Part shown: positions 8,862 to 17,803 of the stretch, in pieces
Numbering within the stretch: position 1 is the stretch's first letter
Layout of the letters: every line of letters starts with the position of its first letter
NCBI GenBank assembly: GCA_965197745.1
Contig: CBDANS010000006.1
Coordinates: forward strand, 1,248,001-1,312,000
From: Opitutales bacterium
GTDB lineage: Bacteria > Verrucomicrobiota > Verrucomicrobiia > Opitutales > PNEW01
DNA: 64,000 nt
Direction of reading: 5' to 3'
Translations under genes and position numbers: made by a program
Notes under the pieces: generated by a model
The model's input: only the letters and a program-made list of their open reading frames with translations
What the model was told of the DNA's origin: nothing
Database searches by the model: none

Positions 8862-10586
8862 CTGAGCGGCTATTGTAAAAGTTGTATAATTAAATTTGTC
8901 ATTGCCTCTTGGGCGTTTTTAGCGGGAGCGACAGCACTCCTGGCGCAAACACCGGAAGGAGGTTCGGACGTAGCTTACCGGGATTTTCCCCTGGTCGGTA
9001 GTCGCATCGCCATTTGGGCCATAGGGGAGCTGCATCTTATGTATGCGGCCTTCGTTTTGGCCGTTCCGATGTTCGCTCTCCTCATCGAGTTTATCGGTTA
9101 TAAAACCGGGGATAAGCGATACGATAAGCTGGCCCATGAATTTACCAGTTTATTGAGCGTTTCCTTTTCCTTTACCGCTACTCTCGGAGCGATCCTCACT
9201 TTCATGCTGATGATTCTCTACCCGAGATTCACGAGTTACCTGGTTTCCATTTTTGATAAGACATTCTGGCCTTATGGATTGCTCTTTTTTGCCGAAGCCG
9301 GATTTTTATACAGCTATTACTATGGGTGGGGCAAATTCTCGCCTCGGGTCCACCTTCTTTTGGGTGTAGGATTAAATATCGTTGGTACCGCGATTATGTT
9401 CATCGCTAATGCCTGGCTCGCTTTCATGACTTCTCCAAGTGGAATTGATGAAGCCGGCAATCTTGTCAGCACCTGGGACGCCGTGAACAATTATATTTGG
9501 ATGCCCATAAATATTCACCGCATGATTGCCAATGTCTGCTTCGGCGGAGCCATTGCCGCAGCCTATGCGGGTTTCAAATTTTTAGGCGCGAAAACAAAAG
9601 AGGAAAAAGCGCACTATGATTGGATGGGCTATGTCGGAAACTTTATCGCCATTTCCGCGTTGCTCCCCTTACCCTTCGCCGGTTACTGGCTGGGAAGTGA
9701 GATCTATGCTTTCCGCGCGCAAATGGGAATGGTTTTAATGGGAGGAGCCTTTTCCTGGTTATTTATCATTCAAGCGGTACTTATCGGGATGCTTTTTCTC
9801 GGGGCTAATTATTATCTGTGGCTGGGAATGGAGCGAATAGAGGGTGCCGAAAAGTATAACAAGTTTATAAAATACCTTCTCGCTACGATCACCGGCTGCT
9901 TCATTGTTTGGGCCACGCCGCATTCACTTGTCGCGACGGTTGAAGAAGCGCGTAAAATGGGGGGAGCCCATCACCCGATTCTTGGTATTTTAGGGGTGAT
10001 GTCGGCAAAAAATACCGCGGTTAATATCATGATTCTCACCACCTATATCAGCTTCCTTCTCTATCGCCGGGGAAACAAGGTGGCCACGGTTTCATGGGCG
10101 CCCCTTGGCCATACGGCCCAATTCCTCATTTTTGCGGTTACCATAATTTTTGTTATTATCATTGGGGTGGTGGGTTATTTTATCGAAGCCTCAGTGCGGA
10201 TTGGGCTTTCCGTTCCCCAGGTTCTGTCTGTTTTGTCCGCGATGATCTCAGTTACGATTATTGATATATTCCTCTTCCGAAATGCGCGCATCGTCGGTCA
10301 GATAAAATGGGGAGAGATCTCGGCAAGAGCGCAGTATATGCTGTTTTTCCTCGCCGTAACCTTTACCTGGCTGATGGGGCTGATGGGCTATGTTCGTTCA
10401 GGTCTCCGCCTGCACTGGCATGTTTACGAGGTGATGAAGGATACTTCCGTTGACGCCTTTACCCCGACACTGGGTTTCGCCAGCACCGTGGTTTCATGTA
10501 TCGTTATCATTTTCTTCACCTTTATCATGTTTAATTTCTGGCTAACCGGGCTTCTCCACAAGAAAGATTGGGAGCCTCGCACTTGA
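8862..10586 (+). CDS. Cytochrome bd-like oxidase subunit I (Nitrospira/Nitrospina-type CydA homolog); probable CTG start
   Basis: ELHLMYAAFVLAVP, FFAEAGFLYSYYYGW, ANAWLAFMTSP, NIHRMIAN, GAHHP, MGYVRSGLR.HW. Frame is open from 8850; AAAGGA at 8848-8853 precedes CTG 8862. The ORF-track ATG (9039) lies after the conserved His. Confidence 0.85.
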   Translation: MSGYCKSCIIKFVIASWAFLAGATALLAQTPEGGSDVAYRDFPLVGSRIAIWAIGELHLMYAAFVLAVPMFALLIEFIGYKTGDKRYDKLAHEFTSLLSVSFSFTATLGAILTFMLMILYPRFTSYLVSIFDKTFWPYGLLFFAEAGFLYSYYYGWGKFSPRVHLLLGVGLNIVGTAIMFIANAWLAFMTSPSGIDEAGNLVSTWDAVNNYIWMPINIHRMIANVCFGGAIAAAYAGFKFLGAKTKEEKAHYDWMGYVGNFIAISALLPLPFAGYWLGSEIYAFRAQMGMVLMGGAFSWLFIIQAVLIGMLFLGANYYLWLGMERIEGAEKYNKFIKYLLATITGCFIVWATPHSLVATVEEARKMGGAHHPILGILGVMSAKNTAVNIMILTTYISFLLYRRGNKVATVSWAPLGHTAQFLIFAVTIIFVIIIGVVGYFIEASVRIGLSVPQVLSVLSAMISVTIIDIFLFRNARIVGQIKWGEISARAQYMLFFLAVTFTWLMGLMGYVRSGLRLHWHVYEVMKDTSVDAFTPTLGFASTVVSCIVIIFFTFIMFNFWLTGLLHKKDWEPRT

Positions 10587-10594
10587 TCAACAGG

Positions 10595-11413
10595 ATGAAG
10601 AATATTATCAATATATTTGTCTTAACTATCTTAACCACCCTTTTTTACTGGTATGTGGGGCAGATGGTTCCGCAAAAGGAGACGCATCCACCCGAAAGCA
10701 CGGAAATTCGAGATGACATGAGCACTGAGGAGATGATTGTTGCCGGGGAAAAGATAGCTACGGGCAAGGGAACCTGTTTTCTATGTCATACGATGGGCGC
10801 TGAAGGAACGCGCGCCCCGGACCTGGCCGGTATAGGACAGCGAGCGGCTTCGCGTATAGAGGGTTATAGCGATGTTGATTATCTGGCTGAATCTCTTTTT
10901 GAACCGGCCTTATATGTCGTGGAGGGATTTAATCCTATCATGACGCCATCGAATAAAGCACCTATTAGCTTAACACCGCAGGAAACATTAGCGGTTATTG
11001 CTTATCTTCAAAGTTTAGGGGGCACTCCCTCGGTGACGATGAAGACGAAATTAAAGTACTCTGAAGATGCGACGGTGACTCCGGCACCAGCAACCGTATC
11101 AAGCAGCGATGCCAGTGCGGTTTCTTATGACAATCTCAGCGGGGAAGAGCTATTTAATAAGTATGCGTGTATGGCCTGCCACAGTTTGACGGATCCGATC
11201 CAACTGATTGGCCCAAGCCTCTATGATGTGGGAAATAGATTAAGCAGGGCGGAAATCTATGAATCCATTATCGATCCCGATGCCGTGGTCAACGAGGGTT
11301 ATGTTAAAGGAGTAATGGGAATTACCCTCGAAGGTGCCGGATTTGATAGTAATGTTACACCCCAGCAACTGAGAACGATGGTGGAATTTCTATCGGAGAA
11401 AAAGGGCAGTTAG
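10595..11413 (+). CDS. Membrane-anchored diheme c-type cytochrome
   Basis: N-terminal TM; CFLCH and CMACH; YLAESLFEP..YVVEGF..IM; ATG 10595 is 8 nt after the upstream stop. Confidence 0.9.
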   Translation: MKNIINIFVLTILTTLFYWYVGQMVPQKETHPPESTEIRDDMSTEEMIVAGEKIATGKGTCFLCHTMGAEGTRAPDLAGIGQRAASRIEGYSDVDYLAESLFEPALYVVEGFNPIMTPSNKAPISLTPQETLAVIAYLQSLGGTPSVTMKTKLKYSEDATVTPAPATVSSSDASAVSYDNLSGEELFNKYACMACHSLTDPIQLIGPSLYDVGNRLSRAEIYESIIDPDAVVNEGYVKGVMGITLEGAGFDSNVTPQQLRTMVEFLSEKKGS

Positions 11414-12247
11414 ATGAAATTTCTTATTATACCCCTGGTCTTATTTATTTTATTTGTCATTTATTTATTCAGCAGATCAAAAAAACTCGCCTTGTTTAAC
11501 GCCCTCTTTTGGGTAATTGCCTGGTGGATTGCTTTTTATGTGATTTTTAAAAACGCGATTTCACCTCCGCTTCCATCCTCCATCGTCCAGATGTTTATGG
11601 CGATTATTACGATTGCGCTTTTCTTTTATATCACCGCGGATACTCAGCGATTAAAGGAAACTATCCACCCGATTATTCAATTTCTCGTAAATCGAAAATT
11701 TACCCTGCCCCTGGGATTAGTAATTATCATCATTCCCCTGCTCGTGGCCGGAAAAGTTTATTTAGGTTCTCAGGTAGAAATTGTGGCCCCGGTATTTGGG
11801 AGGAGTATCCATCCCGCGCCGCCTACGGAAATTAATTTTCAGGGCAGACCATTATTACTCAATGAACTTGAAAATCCTTATCGTCATCTGGAGACAGAAA
11901 ATCCTGCTGCTTTCCAGGAACACGTTGAAACTGGCCGTAAAGTGTATTACAATAATTGTGTCTATTGCCATGGGGACACGCTCGACGGGAAAGGAAATTT
12001 CGCCCATGGATTCAATCCCATTCCTGCCAATTTTGCTGACGTCGGTACCATTGCACAATTGCAGGAATCCTATGTTTTCTGGCGTGTAGCTAAGGGAGCC
12101 CCCGATCTCCCCGACGAATCAGGACCCTGGAGTTCTGCCATGCCTGCGTGGGAAAAATTTCTTACTGAAGATGAAATTTGGGATGTCATCCTTTTTATTT
12201 ACGACTTTACCGGGCACAGGCCAAGGGCGCGAGTGGAGCATCATTAA
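11414..12247 (+). CDS. Multi-TM membrane monoheme c-type cytochrome
   Basis: About 4 N-terminal TM helices, RSIHPAPP, CVYCHG, PWSSAMPAWE. Confidence 0.9.
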   Translation: MKFLIIPLVLFILFVIYLFSRSKKLALFNALFWVIAWWIAFYVIFKNAISPPLPSSIVQMFMAIITIALFFYITADTQRLKETIHPIIQFLVNRKFTLPLGLVIIIIPLLVAGKVYLGSQVEIVAPVFGRSIHPAPPTEINFQGRPLLLNELENPYRHLETENPAAFQEHVETGRKVYYNNCVYCHGDTLDGKGNFAHGFNPIPANFADVGTIAQLQESYVFWRVAKGAPDLPDESGPWSSAMPAWEKFLTEDEIWDVILFIYDFTGHRPRARVEHH

Positions 12248-12253
12248 TCTTGA

Positions 12254-13873
12254 ATGGGTATAATGAAATCAGGCATGCAATTATCTAAGAATAGTAGACT
12301 CTTACAGCTGTCATTTGTCCTCACGGTTATAGGTTTTTTTACAGGTAGTATCCTCTACTCCGGCGAAGTAAACCTGGGGACGGAAACGGAGCGCGAAGAA
12401 GGTAAAAAATTGTATTTAAATTATTGCGCCCACTGCCATGGGGTTGATGGTGACGGTGAAGGGAGCGCGATGCGGTATTTTCATCCCAAACCGAGAGACT
12501 TTACCGGGGGGAAATTTAAACTGCGCAGCACCGAAAGCGGCGAACTCCCAACCGATAATGATATTATTCAGGTAATTCAAAAAGGGATGCCATACACCGG
12601 TATGCCTGCGTTCCCTGATTTTAATGAGGAAGAATACCAAAACCTCGCCTATTATCTTAAAACATTTAATGACGATTTCACCGACCCGGATTTTATCGTT
12701 GATCCGCTCAGCTTTCCTAAAGCGCCACCCTACAGTGAAGAATCGGCTTTGAAGGGAAAGGAGATTTATACTATCAATGAGTGCAATGGCTGCCATGGTG
12801 AGTCTGGGCGAGCCGATGGGATATCGGCCTCTACGCTGGAAGACGATTTCGGTGATATAAAATACCATATCCGCCCCGCTGATTTGACAAAAAAATGGAC
12901 ATTCCGACGAGGACCAACGCGCGAGGATATGTACCGTGCTTTTACTACCGGGTTGAATGGAACGCCCATGCCTTCTTATAAAGATTCTATAACCCCAGAA
13001 GACCGGTGGCATCTGGTGAATTATATTTACTCACTCTCCGATCGTGTTGAACCGAATTATTCTACAACCGTAATTGCCGAGTATACAGAAGAGAAGATAA
13101 ACCTTTCAAAAGGTAAATCACTATTTGAAAATAGCGAAGTAGCGTTTTTTCCTGTCGTCGGGCAAGTGATCGAACCCGGGCGTGAGTTTTTTCCGTCTGC
13201 CAATGCCATCGAAGTGAGGGTGATCTACAATCAGGATGATATTGCATTTATGCTTTCCTGGAATGACATGAAAGCTGAAGTTGAAGGGAGTAATGCTCCA
13301 GACATAGCGGTTGAGAAAAATCATCTCGATAAGCCGGAGACTCAGATGAAAACACGGGTCGTTGAGGACCGCGGAATAACGTATTCGGATGCGGTTGCAT
13401 TACAACTTCCCAGTGTCATGCCCGATGGGTTTAAAAAACCCTATTTTCTTTATGGCGACAACAAAAATACCGTAGATATTACCTTTCTTGATCTGGCCGA
13501 TGAAAATGAAGTAAAGCGTTACACCGGTTTTGGATATGATCGGCTTACCCTGGTAGAAAACAATGATGCATCTGCTGTCTCTAATTACGATAACGGTGAA
13601 TGGTCAGTTATTATCAAACGCAATCGGAATTTGGGTGCTGAAGAGGGTCTATCCTTTGTCGAAGAGACCTTTATACCGCTATCGTTTTATGTATGGGATG
13701 GCTTTAACAGTGAACGCGGCATTGATAGCAGCATTAGCTCGTGGTACAGCCTTTATTTAAAAGCCTCGGAAGAGGAATCTCCTATAATCCCCATGATTAG
13801 TTACGGTTTCCTTGCCCTCTTTATAGAATTAATCATAGTTTTTCTCATGAGGAGGAAATTTTCCACGGCTTGA
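12254..13873 (+). CDS. Diheme c-type cytochrome fused to an EbdC/DMSO-reductase-gamma-like domain, with C-terminal TM anchor
   Basis: CAHCHG..PKPRDF..MPAF; CNGCHG..GTPMPSY; then LSWND, SDAVALQLP, NGEWSVIIKR, FYVWDG..SER; hydrophobic C-terminus. Confidence 0.85.
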   Translation: MGIMKSGMQLSKNSRLLQLSFVLTVIGFFTGSILYSGEVNLGTETEREEGKKLYLNYCAHCHGVDGDGEGSAMRYFHPKPRDFTGGKFKLRSTESGELPTDNDIIQVIQKGMPYTGMPAFPDFNEEEYQNLAYYLKTFNDDFTDPDFIVDPLSFPKAPPYSEESALKGKEIYTINECNGCHGESGRADGISASTLEDDFGDIKYHIRPADLTKKWTFRRGPTREDMYRAFTTGLNGTPMPSYKDSITPEDRWHLVNYIYSLSDRVEPNYSTTVIAEYTEEKINLSKGKSLFENSEVAFFPVVGQVIEPGREFFPSANAIEVRVIYNQDDIAFMLSWNDMKAEVEGSNAPDIAVEKNHLDKPETQMKTRVVEDRGITYSDAVALQLPSVMPDGFKKPYFLYGDNKNTVDITFLDLADENEVKRYTGFGYDRLTLVENNDASAVSNYDNGEWSVIIKRNRNLGAEEGLSFVEETFIPLSFYVWDGFNSERGIDSSISSWYSLYLKASEEESPIIPMISYGFLALFIELIIVFLMRRKFSTA

Positions 13874-13894
13874 ATCGGCGGAAAATATACTGAA

Positions 13895-14668
13895 TTAATC
13901 CTGGATTGCCTGTCGGGCTGCTTTCGAGGCCTGCTCCGAAGCGCTCGTGAGAAACATCGAATCAGCACCCGAGGCCAGCATATTAAATCCGATTGAATGA
14001 CAATATTTTATAAGCTCTGGGGAGTGGGCGGGCATAACCGAGAATTTACCGTGTTTATTACTTGCTTGAGCTACTGCCTCCATATCTTTTCCTAACGTTT
14101 CTTTTGTGCGTGGAATATCCATGGAGACACCACGCCGTAAGAGGATGTCATCGGGACCAAGAAACAGGGCATCGATGCCATCAATCGCGGCGATGGATTC
14201 CGCATTTTCCACCGCCCCCGGTGTTTCGATCTGGGCAATGACGAGGGTGTCTTCATTCGCCGTTTGAGAAAACGAACGGCTTTTCCTGTCAATTATACGG
14301 CGTCCACCGAAAGATCGCTCTCCGAGGGGGGGAAACTTCGCGGCACTAACAATAGCTTTTGCCTCTTCTACGGTATTAACAAGGGGGACAATAATGCCGT
14401 CTGCGCCAGCATCGAGGACCATTCCAATAAATCCCGCTTCATGTGAGGGAACGCGTGCGATTGCCGGTAATCCCATGAGTTCACAGACTCTAATCAGATT
14501 CAATATCTCCTGGTAGGCGAGTTGCCCGTGTTGTCCATCGATCCACACCCAATCCCAATCATTGCCGATTCGCTCAAGGATGCCGGGTGCTGGATAACCA
14601 ATGGCAAAATCGAACTGCGTTTCTCCCGCTTTTATTTTTTCTACAAATTCTTTCATCATAGTTTCCAT
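13895..14668 (-). CDS. HpcH/HpaI aldolase family protein
   Basis: DWVWIDGQHG, LDAGADGIIVP, KFPPLGERS, QIET, LFLGPDD. Confidence 0.92.
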   Translation of the reverse strand: METMMKEFVEKIKAGETQFDFAIGYPAPGILERIGNDWDWVWIDGQHGQLAYQEILNLIRVCELMGLPAIARVPSHEAGFIGMVLDAGADGIIVPLVNTVEEAKAIVSAAKFPPLGERSFGGRRIIDRKSRSFSQTANEDTLVIAQIETPGAVENAESIAAIDGIDALFLGPDDILLRRGVSMDIPRTKETLGKDMEAVAQASNKHGKFSVMPAHSPELIKYCHSIGFNMLASGADSMFLTSASEQASKAARQAIQD

Positions 14669-14724
14669 CTATGTATAGCCATAATACTAAACGCAATCCC
14701 AATCATGATTCGGGCCCCATTAAT

Positions 14725-15618
14725 TCAGTTATCTGTTTTTGTGACCACGCAGTATTCAGTATAACTTTGGATTTTTTTTAATCCGAGTTTTTCGAGAAAG
14801 TAAAAATCAACTTCATGAGTGGAGAGTTTAGGAATATCTATCAATGGACTTATTGAGGTGGATACATATTTTATGAGGAGACCCAGTAACATCGGGCCCT
14901 TTTCTTTGCTTTTACACCCGAGTCCCAAAATAGTTACCGGTGATTGCTGACTGACATTAGCGGACTCGTCTTCAATGTAGAATAGATAGGCGGCAATTCC
15001 ATCCATGTCCGGTATGCCTAACCCTTTGATTTCTTTTTTTCGATTAATGAGCGTCTGCGTTCTTCGTTCCCATGCCAGCAGGGTTTCATCACTCTGATTA
15101 TTTTCCCCTGTTTGTGTCAGGTAACGATCTCCAGGATCTTCAACTTCAACCGGGATGATCAATTCAGGCGATACTGGCGGGCTCAATGAAGTAGAGGCGG
15201 TAAAGTCACAATAATTCCGGTGCGCTTTAAAATCCAGTTTCCCGAAAAATTTACCTAAGTCTTCTCGATTATCCGGGATAGCGACGGTCAACGCTGGTGG
15301 CCCCAGCACTGCCATTTTATCTTTGAGGGAAGTTACGAGTTGGGGCCCGTAATTATGACCCTGGTAATCTGGTTGGAGGCCCAATCTTAATATTAACGAA
15401 GAGACATTCCTTTTCGCCGTTATCAGGACGCCAACTGGAACATTATTTTCCAGGGCGAGCATGCATGAACTGGCCCAAAGATTGAGATGCTTCACTTCCC
15501 TTTTAAATCCCTCTAAAGTGAGGGGAGGGACATGGGGAAAATGAATGTCGTAACACCGGTTTACGGCTTCGACAAGTAATGGAATATCATCAGGACGACA
15601 AAACCTGAATGAGGGCAT
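14725..15618 (-). CDS. GNAT-fold acetyltransferase-like protein
   Basis: LGLQPDYQGHNYG resembles motif A (V.P.xR/QxxGxG); FFGKLDF and FLEKLGL suggest tandem GNAT halves. Confidence 0.65.
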   Translation of the reverse strand: MPSFRFCRPDDIPLLVEAVNRCYDIHFPHVPPLTLEGFKREVKHLNLWASSCMLALENNVPVGVLITAKRNVSSLILRLGLQPDYQGHNYGPQLVTSLKDKMAVLGPPALTVAIPDNREDLGKFFGKLDFKAHRNYCDFTASTSLSPPVSPELIIPVEVEDPGDRYLTQTGENNQSDETLLAWERRTQTLINRKKEIKGLGIPDMDGIAAYLFYIEDESANVSQQSPVTILGLGCKSKEKGPMLLGLLIKYVSTSISPLIDIPKLSTHEVDFYFLEKLGLKKIQSYTEYCVVTKTDN

Positions 15619-15624
15619 GCCTGA

Positions 15625-17673
15625 TCAAAGGTCGGAACGTTTACTTTCAAGTTCCGACATGACACTGACTTCATTAAGGTTTTCCTTGGGCGGTTGATCG
15701 TGAGGATAATCATTCACCTCTTCACTTCCATATTCCGGAGCGCCGCTCATTCTTGAATTACCGTTGCCGTTAGTCTGAGCGGTAATCATCTCTTCCATCA
15801 TTTTACGCCCAATTTCGATTCCCTTTTCGACAAGTCCAATATCTATGGAAAAAGTTTTCTCTTCTAATGCGATGCTTTCAATTCGCTCCTGTACTTTGTC
15901 ACGCATAAAGCCAGCGGGAACGCGCAATATGCGCTCCGAGGCTTCCGCGGTCCAATCATAAACCGATTTTAAAGGGGTCCCTTTTTTGTCCCTCGCGATT
16001 AACTTGATCCCATCGTTGAAATCATTCTCAACTGAAGACGCGGAGTTGCTGGATGATGCCGTAAGGTTATGTTCTTCCAGGCTGTCTTCATGTCCCAGCT
16101 CTTTAATTATTTCCTCTGCGAATTCTACGGTTACTGCGTTCAAACGTCGCATCCTGGCCGCTTTTTCAATATAAGCTTTGGCCCGTCTTTTCTGGTAGTT
16201 GTCCTTGATCGCTGGTAACAGCTTGCGCGCTTCTTTGGTCCAGGAGAGTTTTCTCCCGTCGTACGAGGTTTCTTCGTTCGATCCTCCCTCTGATTTTATA
16301 ATATCATCAATAATTTTCGGAGTAATCACCTCAAAGTTTGTTGATCCGCACACCGCACACTTAATCGGGTTTTCCTCTTTAGCCGTCATCCCACAACTTT
16401 TACAGATGGCGGTGTTCCCTTTGCGTGCCATATTAAAGGCCAGGGTTTCTGCGAGTTTATCAGTCGCTTTCGCTGCCTGTTTCGGCATGAAGCGATCCAT
16501 CGCTTCATCGATCAAAGAGTTGGTCACGACACTGTGACCCTTTTCCACGGCGAGCCGTAGGATCCCGGTGCGCGCGATACCTTTTACGAGAGGGGGAACT
16601 CGGGTCATACGTTCTTCGGCTTCCTGGGTCCATTGAATACTCTCTTCCGCTTTGCGGTCGAGTTCCGGGTAGACCAATCGTGAATTGAGGAGCACATCAC
16701 AGGGAGCTATGCGCAATAAGTTATCTGTGTTACTCCCCAAACCCGTGTCTTCGAGATCGCTATGGACCCCAATCCTACCGACGATCAGCAGCCAGGGAGG
16801 ATTTTTACGCGTGTAGTCCAATATTTTCTGAAAAGCTTTTCCGTCGAGAAGCACTTTTTCTGCTTCGAGGCCTTTTTCTTTCAACATCTTTTCCGCAACT
16901 TCAAGATGGGACTGATAGATTTGAGCCAGGCCCGTATCAATAATTTCTTCATGTAATTGGTTTTGTTCTTCAAACCGGAAAACTTTAGCCGCTTTATCAG
17001 TGAGGACATCAACGATCCCATTAAAGACCATATAATGGAGATAAGGGTCATATACACCGATGAGCGTAATTTTTTTATTAAATTCTTTCGCCAGTTCAAC
17101 CGCGGTCATGAGTCCACCAAATGACTGCGGACTGCCGTCCACCCCCACAAGAATCGTATCGCGCTCCGGCTCATCATCTACGGGGAGATGTTTTACCACC
17201 CAGATATCGCCTTTCCCGTGCCGGGTCACGCTCTGGCAAACTGCGCCAATCTGACTGTCTTTCGTTTTTCCAATACCCTTAATCCCCAGGACGGTAAGGT
17301 CGTATTCGGAAGCTTCCATATCTTTCAAAATCTGCTCATGGTGCTTCCCGTCCATCATCTTCTTCTCTAATTCCAGGCCCGCTTCTTCGCAGTGTTTGTC
17401 CATTTCAGTGAGATAACAATCGGAAATCAGCTTTAATCCCATGGTGATTAAGCTGTCGTGAATTTTCCGCTGCCTTTCCAATTCGGTCTCCTGGAGGTAT
17501 TCATCGGGCAGGGTGAACTCCATTTGCTTGAATCGATAATCATGCATTTTTGCGGCATAGACATGATTGCCCGTTAATCTGGAGTTATATTTTTTACCAA
17601 CCTCGACCGCGACACTAATTGCCTGGTTAGAATAGTCTGAGTTATCTACAGGGACGAAAATCGATTTAAACAT
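15625..17673 (-). CDS. Multidomain protein: USP-USP-PCP_red-rubredoxin-like-PCP_red-PCP_red
   Basis: IFVPVDNSDYS and ILVGVDGSPQS USP starts; G.SQIGAV and GLGSNT USP ends; three W(T)xEA helical motifs; CKSC-x12-CAVC. Confidence 0.85.
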   Translation of the reverse strand: MFKSIFVPVDNSDYSNQAISVAVEVGKKYNSRLTGNHVYAAKMHDYRFKQMEFTLPDEYLQETELERQRKIHDSLITMGLKLISDCYLTEMDKHCEEAGLELEKKMMDGKHHEQILKDMEASEYDLTVLGIKGIGKTKDSQIGAVCQSVTRHGKGDIWVVKHLPVDDEPERDTILVGVDGSPQSFGGLMTAVELAKEFNKKITLIGVYDPYLHYMVFNGIVDVLTDKAAKVFRFEEQNQLHEEIIDTGLAQIYQSHLEVAEKMLKEKGLEAEKVLLDGKAFQKILDYTRKNPPWLLIVGRIGVHSDLEDTGLGSNTDNLLRIAPCDVLLNSRLVYPELDRKAEESIQWTQEAEERMTRVPPLVKGIARTGILRLAVEKGHSVVTNSLIDEAMDRFMPKQAAKATDKLAETLAFNMARKGNTAICKSCGMTAKEENPIKCAVCGSTNFEVITPKIIDDIIKSEGGSNEETSYDGRKLSWTKEARKLLPAIKDNYQKRRAKAYIEKAARMRRLNAVTVEFAEEIIKELGHEDSLEEHNLTASSSNSASSVENDFNDGIKLIARDKKGTPLKSVYDWTAEASERILRVPAGFMRDKVQERIESIALEEKTFSIDIGLVEKGIEIGRKMMEEMITAQTNGNGNSRMSGAPEYGSEEVNDYPHDQPPKENLNEVSVMSELESKRSDL

Positions 17674-17803
17674 GTATTTTACCTGACGCTGCTATTGATT
17701 TTTAAGGTTTAGGAAACGAACTTTTCAGTCAATTTCACCATCTGAATTATTTACTTAGATGTCAATGAAATGAGAAACTAATCCATGATTTCTCAAACCA
17801 CTT

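Noticed and set aside
8862..13873. Evidence that the organism is a nitrite oxidiser
   Set aside because: No molybdopterin NxrA or Fe-S NxrB genes are present; the surrounding genes are heterotrophic.
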